Shown: positions 40,373 to 50,295, counted from the stretch's first letter. The stretch: 64,000 bases of DNA from an uncultured Pseudomonadota bacterium (GCA_963749075.1 CAVVLJ010000021.1:685555-749554); one strand, 5' to 3'. Notes: generated by a model from the letters alone, not told the origin. Numbers and translations: made by a program.

Positions 40373-40936
40373 TCACCCCGTACGACCGAATTGATAATCC
40401 ACGCCCGTCATCCGAATTCGCCACTTCAGCATGTCAAGGCTAACGCCAAAGTGTTGGGCCGCCGTCGAATCAGTCATGCGATTGGCGCGCATCCAGAGCA
40501 AGGCAGGCCTGGGCAGTAACATTGTGCCACCAAGCCAATCCGCCTCTGCCTCCTGCGCTTCGTCGTAATTGCCATTGAGGAAATGGCCATCTGCTGTCCG
40601 GCCGGCCGTGGCTAATTCGTGGCCTAGCATGATGTGAGACAGCTCGTGCATGAGCACGCTGTTAATTCGAGCCGCGGCCAGCTTTGGATTGTAGACCACG
40701 AGATAGTGGTCGTCCTCGCGCAGGACGAATGCCGACCATTCGTCGCTGGCCACTTTGAGTAGATGGTTGCGGTCTTTATCCGGCCAGCCCGGAATTTCGG
40801 ATGCCGACCAAATGGTGACCCCGAGGTGCACACCTAGACGCCTCGCGTCTAGTCGCGCGGCCAACTCGATGCCAAGTGTCTTTCTAATCTCCAGCGAGCG
40901 GCGTTCACACTGCGCTTTGAACCCGCGCCGAAGCAA
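40373..40936 (-). CDS. ImmA/IrrE family Zn metallopeptidase (CapP-like)
   Basis: MHELSH (HExxH), QEAEADWLGGTMLLPR, C-terminal HTH AQHFGVS. Confidence 0.92.
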   Translation of the reverse strand: MLRRGFKAQCERRSLEIRKTLGIELAARLDARRLGVHLGVTIWSASEIPGWPDKDRNHLLKVASDEWSAFVLREDDHYLVVYNPKLAAARINSVLMHELSHIMLGHELATAGRTADGHFLNGNYDEAQEAEADWLGGTMLLPRPALLWMRANRMTDSTAAQHFGVSLDMLKWRIRMTGVDYQFGRTG

Positions 40937-40938
40937 TC

Positions 40939-41298
40939 TCAGTGCCCTTCTGACCCGATCTTCTCGACAAATTTTTTGTGTGCCGCAATGATAAGACTCG
41001 CGAGGGACTTCGCCGTCTGGGCGCTGAAAGTACGGCCTTGCTTGAAGCCGATTTGAACCGCAGGCATTGACGGCGCCTTTACACCGTGGCTACCCGCTCC
41101 ACCGATTACCAGCGCGGGGTCAATGTTCAGCCACGCGCAAACTTTGCCCAGCGTTCGACTGTCCGGAAGATGTCCGCGCTCGATTCGAGATAGGGTCGCG
41201 GGGCTAGTGCCAATTTCGTGCGCCGCCGCTCTGATGCCCATGCTCCCGCGCTTCTGGGCCACTTTTTGTCCCAATGCTTCAGGGGAAAGTTGTGCCAT
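40939..41298 (-). CDS. XRE-family HTH regulator (CapH-like)
   Basis: MGIRAAAHEIGTSPATLSRIERGHLPD HTH; co-transcribed with the peptidase. Confidence 0.92.
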   Translation of the reverse strand: MAQLSPEALGQKVAQKRGSMGIRAAAHEIGTSPATLSRIERGHLPDSRTLGKVCAWLNIDPALVIGGAGSHGVKAPSMPAVQIGFKQGRTFSAQTAKSLASLIIAAHKKFVEKIGSEGH

Positions 41299-41308
41299 GC
41301 CGTCTCCT

Positions 41309-41374
41309 GTCTCAGATTGGAAAAAACAGTTTCAATTGTGATACAAATGCGCTAGTATGTCTTAAAGCTGAAAC
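41309..41374. promoter_or_regulatory. Three imperfect palindromic operators (approximately GTYTCA-N4-TGAAAC) in a divergent promoter
   Basis: GTCTCAgattGGAAAA (41309), GTTTCAattgTGATAC (41329), GTCTTAaagcTGAAAC (41359). Confidence 0.55.
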
Positions 41375-41443
41375 AGCCACATCGAATCACGGCGATTCGT
41401 GGCCGTCAAGCGGAAGTTGGCTCATTGAGAGGATCACGAGGCA

Positions 41444-41869
41444 ATGGCTGCTAAATCCTATGCCCTGACTTTCAAGGGGTACTACCTAGAGTCCGGTATT
41501 GGCGGGCTTCCGGCCGAGTCGGGAATCTATTGCGTGTATGCTTGCACCTATGACGCAGCAAAAGATACGGTCAGTCTCCGCCGGCTGATTTACATCGGAG
41601 AATCCGATGACGTGCAAGACCGGGTGAAGAACCACGAGAAGTGGTCCGTTTGGCGCAGAGAGCTGAGGTCGGGCGAGGAACTTTGCTTCAGCTGCGCGCT
41701 CATCTCCGGGGAAGACGATCGGCAGCGCGCCGAGGCAGCGGAGATTTTCGAGCATAAGCCGCCCTGTAATACCGAATATAAACATGAGTTTCCGTTCGAT
41801 CGAACTACGATCACGAATAGCGGCAAGGCTGCGCTGCTTCACAGCCACTTCACGGTTGAGCGGACTTAA
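41444..41869 (+). CDS. Stand-alone GIY-YIG nuclease family protein
   Basis: GIYCVY...LIYIGES...DRVKNH...AEAAEI...PPCN. Confidence 0.88.
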   Translation: MAAKSYALTFKGYYLESGIGGLPAESGIYCVYACTYDAAKDTVSLRRLIYIGESDDVQDRVKNHEKWSVWRRELRSGEELCFSCALISGEDDRQRAEAAEIFEHKPPCNTEYKHEFPFDRTTITNSGKAALLHSHFTVERT

Positions 41870-41935
41870 GCCTGCGCGGCGATGTCCTAGACTGCGTGTG
41901 TGCGTTGTCGACGGTTGTAACCAGGAGGTGAGAAG

Positions 41936-42253
41936 ATGTCCGAGAGTGATACTCATAAGCGGGCGAAATCTCGTGCGGCCGGCGCTGGGGGTCAGACGGA
42001 GGTGCCGTTGACGGGTGGCCGCCGGCTGGACGCGTTGTCGGATGCCGGGCGCGCGACAGAGGTCGAGCGGAGCGGCAACATGAACAGTCTCAAGGCGGCT
42101 GCCCGGCGTCTTCGGGATGCACCCGGGAATCAGAGGGTGTTGCAGGTGCCTCAGCAAGACATGGACAAAGCTGCTGCGGCGATGAGGCAGATTGAAGTCG
42201 CCGGAACCGTGAAAAATTTGATCGGGACGAAGCGCCGCAGCATTCGGCCTTAA
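41936..42253 (+). CDS. Small putative PD-(D/E)xK nuclease-fold protein (CoiA-like motif)
   Basis: SD AGGAGG; ESDTHKRAK...TEV...RRLDAL...ATEVERSG. Confidence 0.6.
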   Translation: MSESDTHKRAKSRAAGAGGQTEVPLTGGRRLDALSDAGRATEVERSGNMNSLKAAARRLRDAPGNQRVLQVPQQDMDKAAAAMRQIEVAGTVKNLIGTKRRSIRP

Positions 42254-42564
42254 TTGCAATCGCCGAGCATGCGTCGGAGGCCTGTCGCTGCTGGAGAGGT
42301 TCCCTTTTTGCGGCTGAAAGCGCTGAACTTGCCGATCTCCGGGATTGGGATGATACTGCTTCGGGCCCGATGGCCCGCTGCGGATCATTGCCGCCCACCG
42401 ACCCCATGAAACCGATATCCGGAGCCGTTACTCGAGTCATACGGCTATAGTGCCAGCCACCAGCCTTGTTCGTTCACCTGCGTCGCGGCATGCCGCCCGC
42501 CCTCGCGCCCACCCACCCCCTCCCCGCTTGACGGCCCACCCCCTCTCCCGCCAACCTTCCCCCC

Positions 42565-43050
42565 ATGCCGCCGCGCAAGCTCTCCTACATGGCGACCGCC
42601 CTCGCCCGGGCCGAGGCCGCCGCCGCGCGCGGCGAGGTGCCGGTGGCGGCGCTCATCGTCGACGGCCGCGGCGAGATCGTGGCGGCGGCGGAGAACCGCA
42701 TGCGCGAGGCGGGCGATCCCACGGCGCACGCCGAGATGCTCGCCATCCGCGAGGCCTGCGCGCGGCTCGGCGAGGGGCGGCTCGGGGCGTGCGACATCTA
42801 CGTCACCCTCGAGCCTTGCGCCATGTGCGCGGCTGCCATCTCGTTAGCGCGGCTACGCCGGCTCTACTTCGCGGCCTATGATGCCAAGGGCGGCGGCGTC
42901 GAGCATGGCGCGCGCGTCTTCGCGCAAGTGACCTGCCACCACCGGCCCGAGGTCTATGGCGGCATCGACGAGCGGCGCGCGGCGGCCCTTATGGCGCGTT
43001 TCTTCGCCGCGCTCCGCGCCGCCGCGGGCGGCACGCAAGAGGAAGGATGA
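42565..43050 (+). CDS. tadA: tRNA adenosine deaminase
   Basis: GEVPV, DPTAHAE, TLEPCAMC. Confidence 0.9.
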   Translation: MPPRKLSYMATALARAEAAAARGEVPVAALIVDGRGEIVAAAENRMREAGDPTAHAEMLAIREACARLGEGRLGACDIYVTLEPCAMCAAAISLARLRRLYFAAYDAKGGGVEHGARVFAQVTCHHRPEVYGGIDERRAAALMARFFAALRAAAGGTQEEG

Positions 43051-43054
43051 TGCC

Positions 43055-43519
43055 ATGAAGCAGCGCATCGATTACGCCAAGGCGGCGCCCAAGGCGGTTG
43101 CCGCCATGCGCGCACTCCAGGCCTACGTCGACGCGACCTCGCTCGACCACCGCCTCGTCGAGCTCTTGAAGACGCGCGCCTCGCAGATCAACGGCTGCGC
43201 CTATTGCGTCGATCTCCACACGCGGACGCTGAGGAAGGCGGGCGAGAGCGAGGCGCGGCTCTATGCGCTTCCCGTGTGGCAGGAATCGCCCTTCTTCAGC
43301 GCGCGCGAGCGCGCAGCACTCGCCTGGTGCGAGGCGGTGACCAAGGTCGCGGACGGCCACGTGCCGGACGACGTCTTCGCGGAGGCGAGCGCCCACTTCT
43401 CCGAGGCCGAGCTCGTCGAGCTCACGCTCGCGATCGTGGCGATCAACGGCTGGAACCGCATCGCGGTCTCCTTCCGCCAGCAGGCGGCCATGCCCGCGGC
43501 GGCGGCGGCGGCGGAGTAG
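43055..43519 (+). CDS. Carboxymuconolactone decarboxylase/AhpD family protein
   Basis: [21 protein letters not shown]. Confidence 0.92.
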   Translation: MKQRIDYAKAAPKAVAAMRALQAYVDATSLDHRLVELLKTRASQINGCAYCVDLHTRTLRKAGESEARLYALPVWQESPFFSARERAALAWCEAVTKVADGHVPDDVFAEASAHFSEAELVELTLAIVAINGWNRIAVSFRQQAAMPAAAAAAE

Positions 43520-43547
43520 GCTCGGCAGCGGCAAGGAGGGCTCGAGG

Positions 43548-43946
<399 letters not shown>

Positions 43947-43988
43947 CGGCTGTCGCGCTGCGCGAGGGTGCCTCGGACTGAGCGCGGT

Positions 43989-44200
43989 GGGTCCTTCGAG
44001 ACGCTCGCTCCCGCTCGCTCCTCAGGATGAGATAAAGTCTTTCTGCCACACACAATTTTTCCTCGTCCTGAGGAGCGCCCCGCGGGGCGTAGGCCCGCTC
44101 TCTTGCGTCACGCAAGAGAGGCGCGCTTAGCGCGCCGGGGGCGCGTCTCGAAGGACCACGGTGGCACTGCAAGCCTCCTCGATATCTGTGCATCTACTAG
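43989..44200. repeat. Inverted copy of the CCTCAGGATGAG/GGGATGCACA element with an extra internal hairpin
   Basis: Reverse complement resembles 32276-32432; inserted CTCTCTTGCGTCACGCAAGAGAG hairpin. Confidence 0.8.
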
Positions 44201-45618
44201 CGCGAAAGCGGCAATGACGAACGAGGCGGCGGCACGCGCCCGAGGAGGCCCGCCGGCATGGCGCGGAGCTCGAGCGTGGCCACCGCCACGGCGAGGGAGG
44301 CGAGCCAGATCAAGCGGCTCTGGTAGCGCCCGACCGGCGTCGAGAAGACCCCGCAGATGGCGGCGTTGAGCAGGAGCCCCAGGAGGACGACGGCCAGGAG
44401 CTCGGCCGGCTCGCGCGCGCGGCGCCGCCAGCACCAGGCGAGCAGCACTGCCAAGGCCGCGAGCGAGCCATAGGCGACCGGCGTATAGAGGCGATCGAGG
44501 GCCTCGGCCAAGGGCTTGATGCGGCCGTCCTCCTGGCCGGCGGCGAGATAGGCGGGCACCAGCTCCGGGGCGTATTTCTCGAGCATGTAGCGCGTGTGCC
44601 AGAAGGGGCCGGCGATCTCCTCGGCCGCGGCGAAGCGCACGAACTGCTCTGCCGCCGACGAGGCCGCGGCGGCGAGGTGCATGGCGGGATAGGCCGCGAG
44701 CGTCTCGAGCGTGATGTGCCGCGTCTCCTCGCGGTAGCCCTCCCAGCCGCCCAGTGCCGCGAAGGGGCTGTCGTCGTCCCAGATCCACTCGCGTGCGCTC
44801 TTGGGCAGGCTCGCGCGGTAGGCGCAGAGGCGGTACTCGGGCGTGGGGCAGCGCTCGTCGAGAAAGCGCGCGACGATGCCGCTCTCGACCAGCCGGCCGA
44901 AGAGGAAGGTCTCGCCACCGGGCGTGAAGCCGAGGTAGCGCGAGGCCATGAGGTTGGCGAGCGGCACGGCGAGGAGGGCTAATCCCAGCACGCCCGCCGC
45001 AAGCGCCAGGCCGCGGCGATCGGCGAGGCCGGGCCGGCGCAAGGAAGCCGCGGCGGCGGTCGCGAGCGCCAAGCCGATGGCCAGCGCCAGATGGGCCATG
45101 TGCACGGCCAATGCGGCGAAGAGCAGTGCCGCCGTGAGCGCCGTCTCCAAGCGGCTCAGCCGCGCGCCGCGAAAGGCGAGGAGATACCAGCCCAGCACCA
45201 CGACCGGCGCGAAGGCGTCCGGCATCACCTTGGCGCTGACCCAGGCGACGCCGGTCAGCGCCGCGAGCGCCAGCGTCACCAGTGCCGAGAGGAGGGCGCT
45301 CCCGAGGCCGTGGCTCTTGAGCGTGAGATGGACGAGGTAGAGCAGCATCGCCGCCTGGGCGGCGATCACCGGCCACAGGCTTCCGGGCGCGCCCAAGAGG
45401 GCGATGAAGAAGCCGTAGAAGGGGCCGCGGCCGGGCTCGAGCGCTCCCTCGAAGGCGCGCGCCAGATAGGCGCCGGTATCGTAGAAGGTGAGGGGAAAGC
45501 CGTTGACGAGGGCAGGGTAAAGGAGGGCGAGGAGGGCCGCGGCCGAGGCCGCGATGGCGGCGAGGCGCCGCGCCGGCAGCGCCTCGATGAGTCTGCGATC
45601 GGCGGGCCGGGGGCTCAC
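44197..45618 (-). CDS. Polytopic membrane protein (possible GT-C fold glycosyltransferase-like)
   Basis: Many TM helices, NGFPL.FYDTGAY, MPDAF and RYQSR motifs; GTGA overlap with bfr. Confidence 0.65.
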   Translation of the reverse strand: MSPRPADRRLIEALPARRLAAIAASAAALLALLYPALVNGFPLTFYDTGAYLARAFEGALEPGRGPFYGFFIALLGAPGSLWPVIAAQAAMLLYLVHLTLKSHGLGSALLSALVTLALAALTGVAWVSAKVMPDAFAPVVVLGWYLLAFRGARLSRLETALTAALLFAALAVHMAHLALAIGLALATAAAASLRRPGLADRRGLALAAGVLGLALLAVPLANLMASRYLGFTPGGETFLFGRLVESGIVARFLDERCPTPEYRLCAYRASLPKSAREWIWDDDSPFAALGGWEGYREETRHITLETLAAYPAMHLAAAASSAAEQFVRFAAAEEIAGPFWHTRYMLEKYAPELVPAYLAAGQEDGRIKPLAEALDRLYTPVAYGSLAALAVLLAWCWRRRAREPAELLAVVLLGLLLNAAICGVFSTPVGRYQSRLIWLASLAVAVATLELRAMPAGLLGRVPPPRSSLPLSR

Positions 45619-46079
45619 ATCTGCGCTTGCAGGTAGTTCTCGAGGCCGAGGGTCGCGATGAGGCGGAGCTGGGTCTCGAGCCAGTCGACGTGCTCCTCCT
45701 CGCCCTCGAGGATCTTCTCGAGGAGCTCGCGGCTCACGTAATCGCCCTTGGCCTCGCAATCGGCGATGGCCTCCTTGAGCGGCGGGATCGCCTTCATCTC
45801 GAGCGCCAGATCGCACTTGAGCACCTCGGCGGCCAACTCGCCGATCATGAGCTTGTCGAGGTCCTGGAGGTTGGGCAGCCCCTCGAGGAAGAGGATGCGC
45901 TTGATGAGCGCGTCCGCGTGCTTCATCTCGTCGACCAATTCGCCGTGCTCGTGCTCGGCGAGCTTCTTCAAGCCCCAGTTCTCGAGCATGCGGGAATGGA
46001 GGAAGTACTGGTCGATCGCCGTGAGCTCGTTGGTCAGCACCTTGTTGAGGTGCTGCACGATCGCGCGATCCCCCTCCAT
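45615..46079 (-). CDS. bfr: Bacterioferritin
   Basis: NELTAIDQYFLH, DEMKHAD, RILFLEGLPNLQ, EEEHVDWLETQ. Confidence 0.97.
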   Translation of the reverse strand: MEGDRAIVQHLNKVLTNELTAIDQYFLHSRMLENWGLKKLAEHEHGELVDEMKHADALIKRILFLEGLPNLQDLDKLMIGELAAEVLKCDLALEMKAIPPLKEAIADCEAKGDYVSRELLEKILEGEEEHVDWLETQLRLIATLGLENYLQAQM

Positions 46080-46099
46080 CGCCGCCCTCCTCGTTGCGC

Positions 46100-46282
46100 T
46101 CAGCGCTCGGGCGCCGCGCGGGCGGACGTCTGCCGCACCATGTCGCGGATCAAGGGGATGCACTTGCCGCACTGCGGGCGCACGCCGAGCAGGTCGTAGA
46201 CCTCCTCGACCGACGCCGCCCCGGCGCTGGTACTCTCGCGGATGCGGCTCTCGCTCAGGGCATTGCAGATGCAGACGTACAC
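46100..46282 (-). CDS. bfd: Bacterioferritin-associated ferredoxin
   Basis: YVCICN...CGKC, upstream of bfr. Confidence 0.92.
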   Translation of the reverse strand: MYVCICNALSESRIRESTSAGAASVEEVYDLLGVRPQCGKCIPLIRDMVRQTSARAAPER

Positions 46283-46321
46283 CGGCTCTCTCCACCGCTC
46301 GCCGCGGGCATCATGCACGGC

Positions 46322-46338
46322 TGCGAATGATTGTCAAT
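46322..46338. promoter_or_regulatory. Putative Fur-type iron box upstream of bfd-bfr
   Basis: Imperfect palindrome TGCGAAT-G-ATTGTCA about 40 bp before the bfd start. Confidence 0.55.
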
Positions 46339-46360
46339 AGCGCTTGATCGCGGGGCCGAT

Positions 46361-46514
46361 TTCCCTCTCCTCCTTCAGGAGGAGAGGGTCAGGGTGAGGA
46401 GGCGATTGGGCCGATCACGTCGGACGCCAGCGTGCGCTTGTTGCGGTGGCCCTCCTCACCCTCCCATCGCTTCGCGATGGGCCCGGCCCTCTCCTCCTGA
46501 AGGAGGAGAGGGAA
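46361..46514. repeat. About 155-bp palindromic repeat, copy 2
   Basis: Termini near-identical to 34429-34583. Confidence 0.88.
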
Positions 46515-46527
46515 ATCGGCCGCGCGC

Positions 46528-46956
46528 TCACCCCTCGGGCGGGCCTTTGAGCTCGATCTGGTTGCCTTCGGGGTCGAGGAGATAGAGGGAGGGGCCCTCT
46601 CCGTCGGCGCCGTAGCGGCTGGCGGCCTCGCCGGCAGCTATGCCGTGGGCCGCGAGGTGGCGGCGGATGGCGGCCTCGTCCCAGGGCTCGACGCGCAGGC
46701 AGAAATGCTCGAGGTTGCGCGCCTCCTTCCCGGGTGCCGCGCCGCCCGCCTTGCCGATCGGCCCTGCCACGTCGGCCAAGTCGATCAGGCTCGCGCCGGC
46801 GCGCAGCTGGACGAGGCCGATCGCCGGCTGGCGCTTCTCGACCGTGCAGCCGAGCACCTCGCAATAGAAGCGCACGCCCGCCTCCACGTCGCGGTAGCGC
46901 AGCACGACATGGTCGAGGCGATGAAGCGCAAAGGGAAGGGTGGTGCTTATCGGCAC
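46528..46956 (-). CDS. VOC/glyoxalase family protein
   Basis: LDHVVL..FYCEVLG, EHFCL, SLYLLDPEGNQIEL. Confidence 0.9.
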   Translation of the reverse strand: MPISTTLPFALHRLDHVVLRYRDVEAGVRFYCEVLGCTVEKRQPAIGLVQLRAGASLIDLADVAGPIGKAGGAAPGKEARNLEHFCLRVEPWDEAAIRRHLAAHGIAAGEAASRYGADGEGPSLYLLDPEGNQIELKGPPEG

Positions 46957-48015
46957 TCAGGCCCTCGCGAAGCGATGGACCCCGTCAGAGCCGCATTCGC
47001 GCTCGAGCTCGCCGCGGCTTACGAGGAAGTGGAGATGGGCGAGCGCCTCGCCGATGGCGAAGGAGAGCTGGTGGAGATCGAGCTGGCGGCGGAAGAGGAC
47101 CGGGATGATCTCGGCCCCCGTGCGCGGCTCGGCACAGGCTTGAAGCGTGCGGGCGAGGCGCTCCTCGTGGTGCTCAACGAGATCGTCGAGGCGGCGGTGG
47201 AGGCCGTAGAAGGGGAGGCCGTGGGAGGGCAGCACCAGCGTCTCCTCCGGGAGCGCACGGAACTGCGCGAACGAATCGAGATAGAGCTTGAGCGGGTTGC
47301 CCTCGGGCTGGTCCGGCCAGACGCTCACGTTGGTGGTGATCTTGGGCAGCACCTGGTCGCCCGAGATGAGCACGCCCGTCTCGCGGCAATAGAGGCAGGC
47401 GTGCTCCGGCGCATGGCCCTCGCCCACGATGACGCGCCACTTGCCGCCGCCGATCGCGATCTCGTCGCCCGCCCTGATGCGCCGGTAGGTGGGCGGCACC
47501 GGCGTCACGTTCTGGGCATAGAGGTTGCCGCGCCGCGAGAGTGCCTCGAGCTCCGCGGCGGGGAGGCCGTTCCGGCGGTAGTGCCGCGCGCGCTTCTCAA
47601 CGTCGCCGCCGCCCCAGCCCTGGCGCACGAGCTGGGCCGTGAGCCACTCGCCTTGCGTCATCCAGAGCTCGACCGCGAAGCGCTCGCAGAGCCAGCCCGC
47701 GAGGCCGATGTGGTCGGGATGGAAGTGGGTCACGATGACGCGGCCGACGGGCCGGCCGCCGAGGCTCGAGGCGAAGACGCGCTCCCAGAGCAGCTTCGTC
47801 TCCTCGCCGCGCCCGAAGCCGCTGTCGACGATGGTCCAGCCGTCGCCATCCTCGAGGAGCCAGAGGTTGATGTGGTCGAGGGCGAAGGGGAGCGGCATCC
47901 TGAGCCAGCGCACCCCCGGCGCCACCTCGCGCGAGGTGCCCGGCTCGGGCGGTTCGGCTTGCGGGAAGGCAAGCGCGTCGCGGGTCGCTCTCAGCAAGGC
48001 AGGCGCGCCGTTCAT
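46957..48015 (-). CDS. MBL-fold metallo-hydrolase
   Basis: THFHPDHIG, GHAPEH, SGDQVLP, PSHG. Confidence 0.92.
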   Translation of the reverse strand: MNGAPALLRATRDALAFPQAEPPEPGTSREVAPGVRWLRMPLPFALDHINLWLLEDGDGWTIVDSGFGRGEETKLLWERVFASSLGGRPVGRVIVTHFHPDHIGLAGWLCERFAVELWMTQGEWLTAQLVRQGWGGGDVEKRARHYRRNGLPAAELEALSRRGNLYAQNVTPVPPTYRRIRAGDEIAIGGGKWRVIVGEGHAPEHACLYCRETGVLISGDQVLPKITTNVSVWPDQPEGNPLKLYLDSFAQFRALPEETLVLPSHGLPFYGLHRRLDDLVEHHEERLARTLQACAEPRTGAEIIPVLFRRQLDLHQLSFAIGEALAHLHFLVSRGELERECGSDGVHRFARA

Positions 48016-48098
48016 GCGATCTCCGATTGCGGCCTCGAGCGCAGGACCGGGGCAAAACTATGGCGCAGTGCGGCAAAGGTCAAATGGCCGTGCCGCGC

Positions 48099-48892
48099 TC
48101 AGGACTTCTGCGCGCGCTCGGGATAGCTCACCGCCATGCCGGCGCGCACGTCCTGCTGGATGCCGTATTGCGCGAAGGGGTAGCGGAAGCCGTTCTTGGC
48201 GAGTGCCGCCATGCCGGCGAGCGCCTTGGCGAGCCCCTCGGGCGGCAGCGCCATGAGCATCTCGTCGTCGAGCACGCCGCCGTAGCGGCGCTCGGCGAAG
48301 CAGGGGATGGAGAGGCTCGGCTCGCGCGTCTTGAGCGCACGTCCCAGGAATCGGCGCAGGCCAATTCGCCGACCACGCTCCACTCGAAGCGCTTGTAGCC
48401 CGACCACTGCAGGCCGTTGATGAAATAGATCATCGCACCCGGCGTGGCGTAGAAAAGGGCGATGTCGGGCGGGTCGAGCCGGCCGCTCGCCAGCGGTGCC
48501 ACGGCGAGCGCCTCGAAAGTGCCGTCCTCGACGCAGTTCATCGCCGCCTGGTGCGCGCTTGCGTCCTCGAGGGTGCCGTACCACACGCCGGCCATGTGGC
48601 GGCCCGAGCGCCAGGCCGCGTCCTTGGCGAGGCCGAGGCCAACCACGGCGCGGCACTGGGCGCCCACCAGGTCCTCGGCCGTGATGCCGACGGTCCAGCC
48701 GAGGCGGGCCGCCTGCGCCACGACCTGGTCGAGCGTGTGCACCGACTGCGGCCGGCGGATGCGCGGGATCGCCTCCATCTCCGCGCGCGTCTTGAAGAGC
48801 TTCATGCCGAAGGGGATGGCGCGCAGGCGCAAGCGCTGCTCCAACTCGGCGGCAAGCTTCGCCCAATCCTCTGTCATCGTCATCGTCGTCAT
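48099..48892 (-). CDS. DUF169 family protein, frameshift near 48345
   Basis: ARLGWTVG, PPDIALFYATPG; CADSW and PCFAERRYGG split over two frames. Confidence 0.75.
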
Positions 48893-48970
48893 CGCACCCT
48901 CCCCTTCGAGAAGTCCCTCTCCCGCAAGCGGGAGAGGGATTTATCGCCATTGGCGCCGTCCGCGCCCATA

Positions 48971-50240
48971 TCAGCGCCCGAGCGCGCGCCAGCCGATGTC
49001 GCGGCGGCAGAAGCCTTGCGGCCAGTCGATGAGGTCGACGGCGCGGTAGGCGCGCGCTTGCGCCTCCTTGAGCGTGGGAGCGCGCGCCGTGACGTTGAGC
49101 ACGCGGCCGCCGGTGGCGAGGAGCCGGCCGCCGTCGCGCGCGGTGCCGGCGTGGAAGATGGTCACCCCCTCCACCTGGCGTGCGGCCTCGAGGTTGCGGA
49201 TCTCGCTGCCCTTGGCGTAGTCGCCGGGATAGCCCTTGGCCGCCATGACGACGGAGAGCGAGGGCTCGGCGTGCCAGCGCAGATCGAAGAAGCGGAGCTC
49301 GCCGTCGCGCGCCGCGACGAGGGCCGGCAGGAGGTCCGACATGAGCCGCACCATGAGCGCCTGGCATTCGGGATCGCCGAAGCGCACGTTGAACTCGACG
49401 AGCCTGGGCCCCGCGTCGCCGATCATGAGCCCGGCATAGAGCACGCCCTTGAAGGGGCGGCCCTCGGCGGCCATGGCGGCGACCGCGGGCTTCAAGATGC
49501 TCTCCTCGATCTCTGCGGCGGCGGCGGGCGTCACCACGGGGGCGGGAAGTCGGCGCCCATGCCGCCTGTGTTCGGCCCCTTGTCGCCGTCGTGGACCGCC
49601 TTGTGGTCCTGCGCCGAGGGAAGCGCCAGCACGTGGCTGCCGTCGACGAGCGCCAGCACGCTCGCCTCCTCGCCCTCGAGGAACTCCTCGATGACGAGCT
49701 CCTGGCCGGCGCGGCCGAAGCGCCCGCCCACCAGTGCCGCATCGACCGCGGCGTCGGCCTCGGCCAGGCTCGCCGCCACCGTCACCCCCTTCCCCGCGGC
49801 GAGGCCGTCGGCCTTGACCACGATAGGGGTGTCGTGCGCGCGGATGAAGGCCTTGGCCTTGGCGGGATCGCGGAAGCGGCCGTAGGCAGCGCTCGGGATG
49901 CCGTATTTCCGCGCCAGGTCCTTCATGAAGCCCTTGGAGCCCTCGAGGAGGGCCGCCTTGGCGCTCGGGCCGAAGGCCTTGATGCCGGCCTCCTCCAGGC
50001 GGTCGACGAGGCCCAAGACGAGGGGTGCCTCGGGCCCGACCACGACGAAGTCGATCGCCCGATCCCGCGCGAAGCGCACCAGCTCGCGATATCCTCGGCG
50101 GCGAGCGGCACGCACTCGGCCTCCTCGGCGATGCCGGCATTCCCCGGCGCGCAGTAGATCTTGTCGGCGAGCGGCGAGGCCGCGATCTTCCAGGCGAGCG
50201 CATGCTCGCGCCCGCCCGAGCCCACGATGAGAATGCGCAT
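48971..50240 (-). CDS. purD: Phosphoribosylamine-glycine ligase, frameshifts near 50088 and 49548
   Basis: [55 protein letters not shown]. Confidence 0.93.
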
Positions 50241-50295
50241 CCCGAAACTGCTCTCCGCTGCCGCCTAGCGCTCACATTCGCCGAAGCGAGCGTCA

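Larger units (their letters stand above)
36750..42450. other. Lower-GC accessory (putative defence) island without integrase
   Basis: Clear drop in GC and change in codon style between the C26 hydrolase and tadA; seven non-housekeeping genes; boundaries approximate. Confidence 0.8.

Noticed and set aside
42255-42450. Additional island ORF (42090-42440, minus strand)
   Set aside because: Overlaps the 105-aa gene, has no recognisable motif, and has low-complexity composition.
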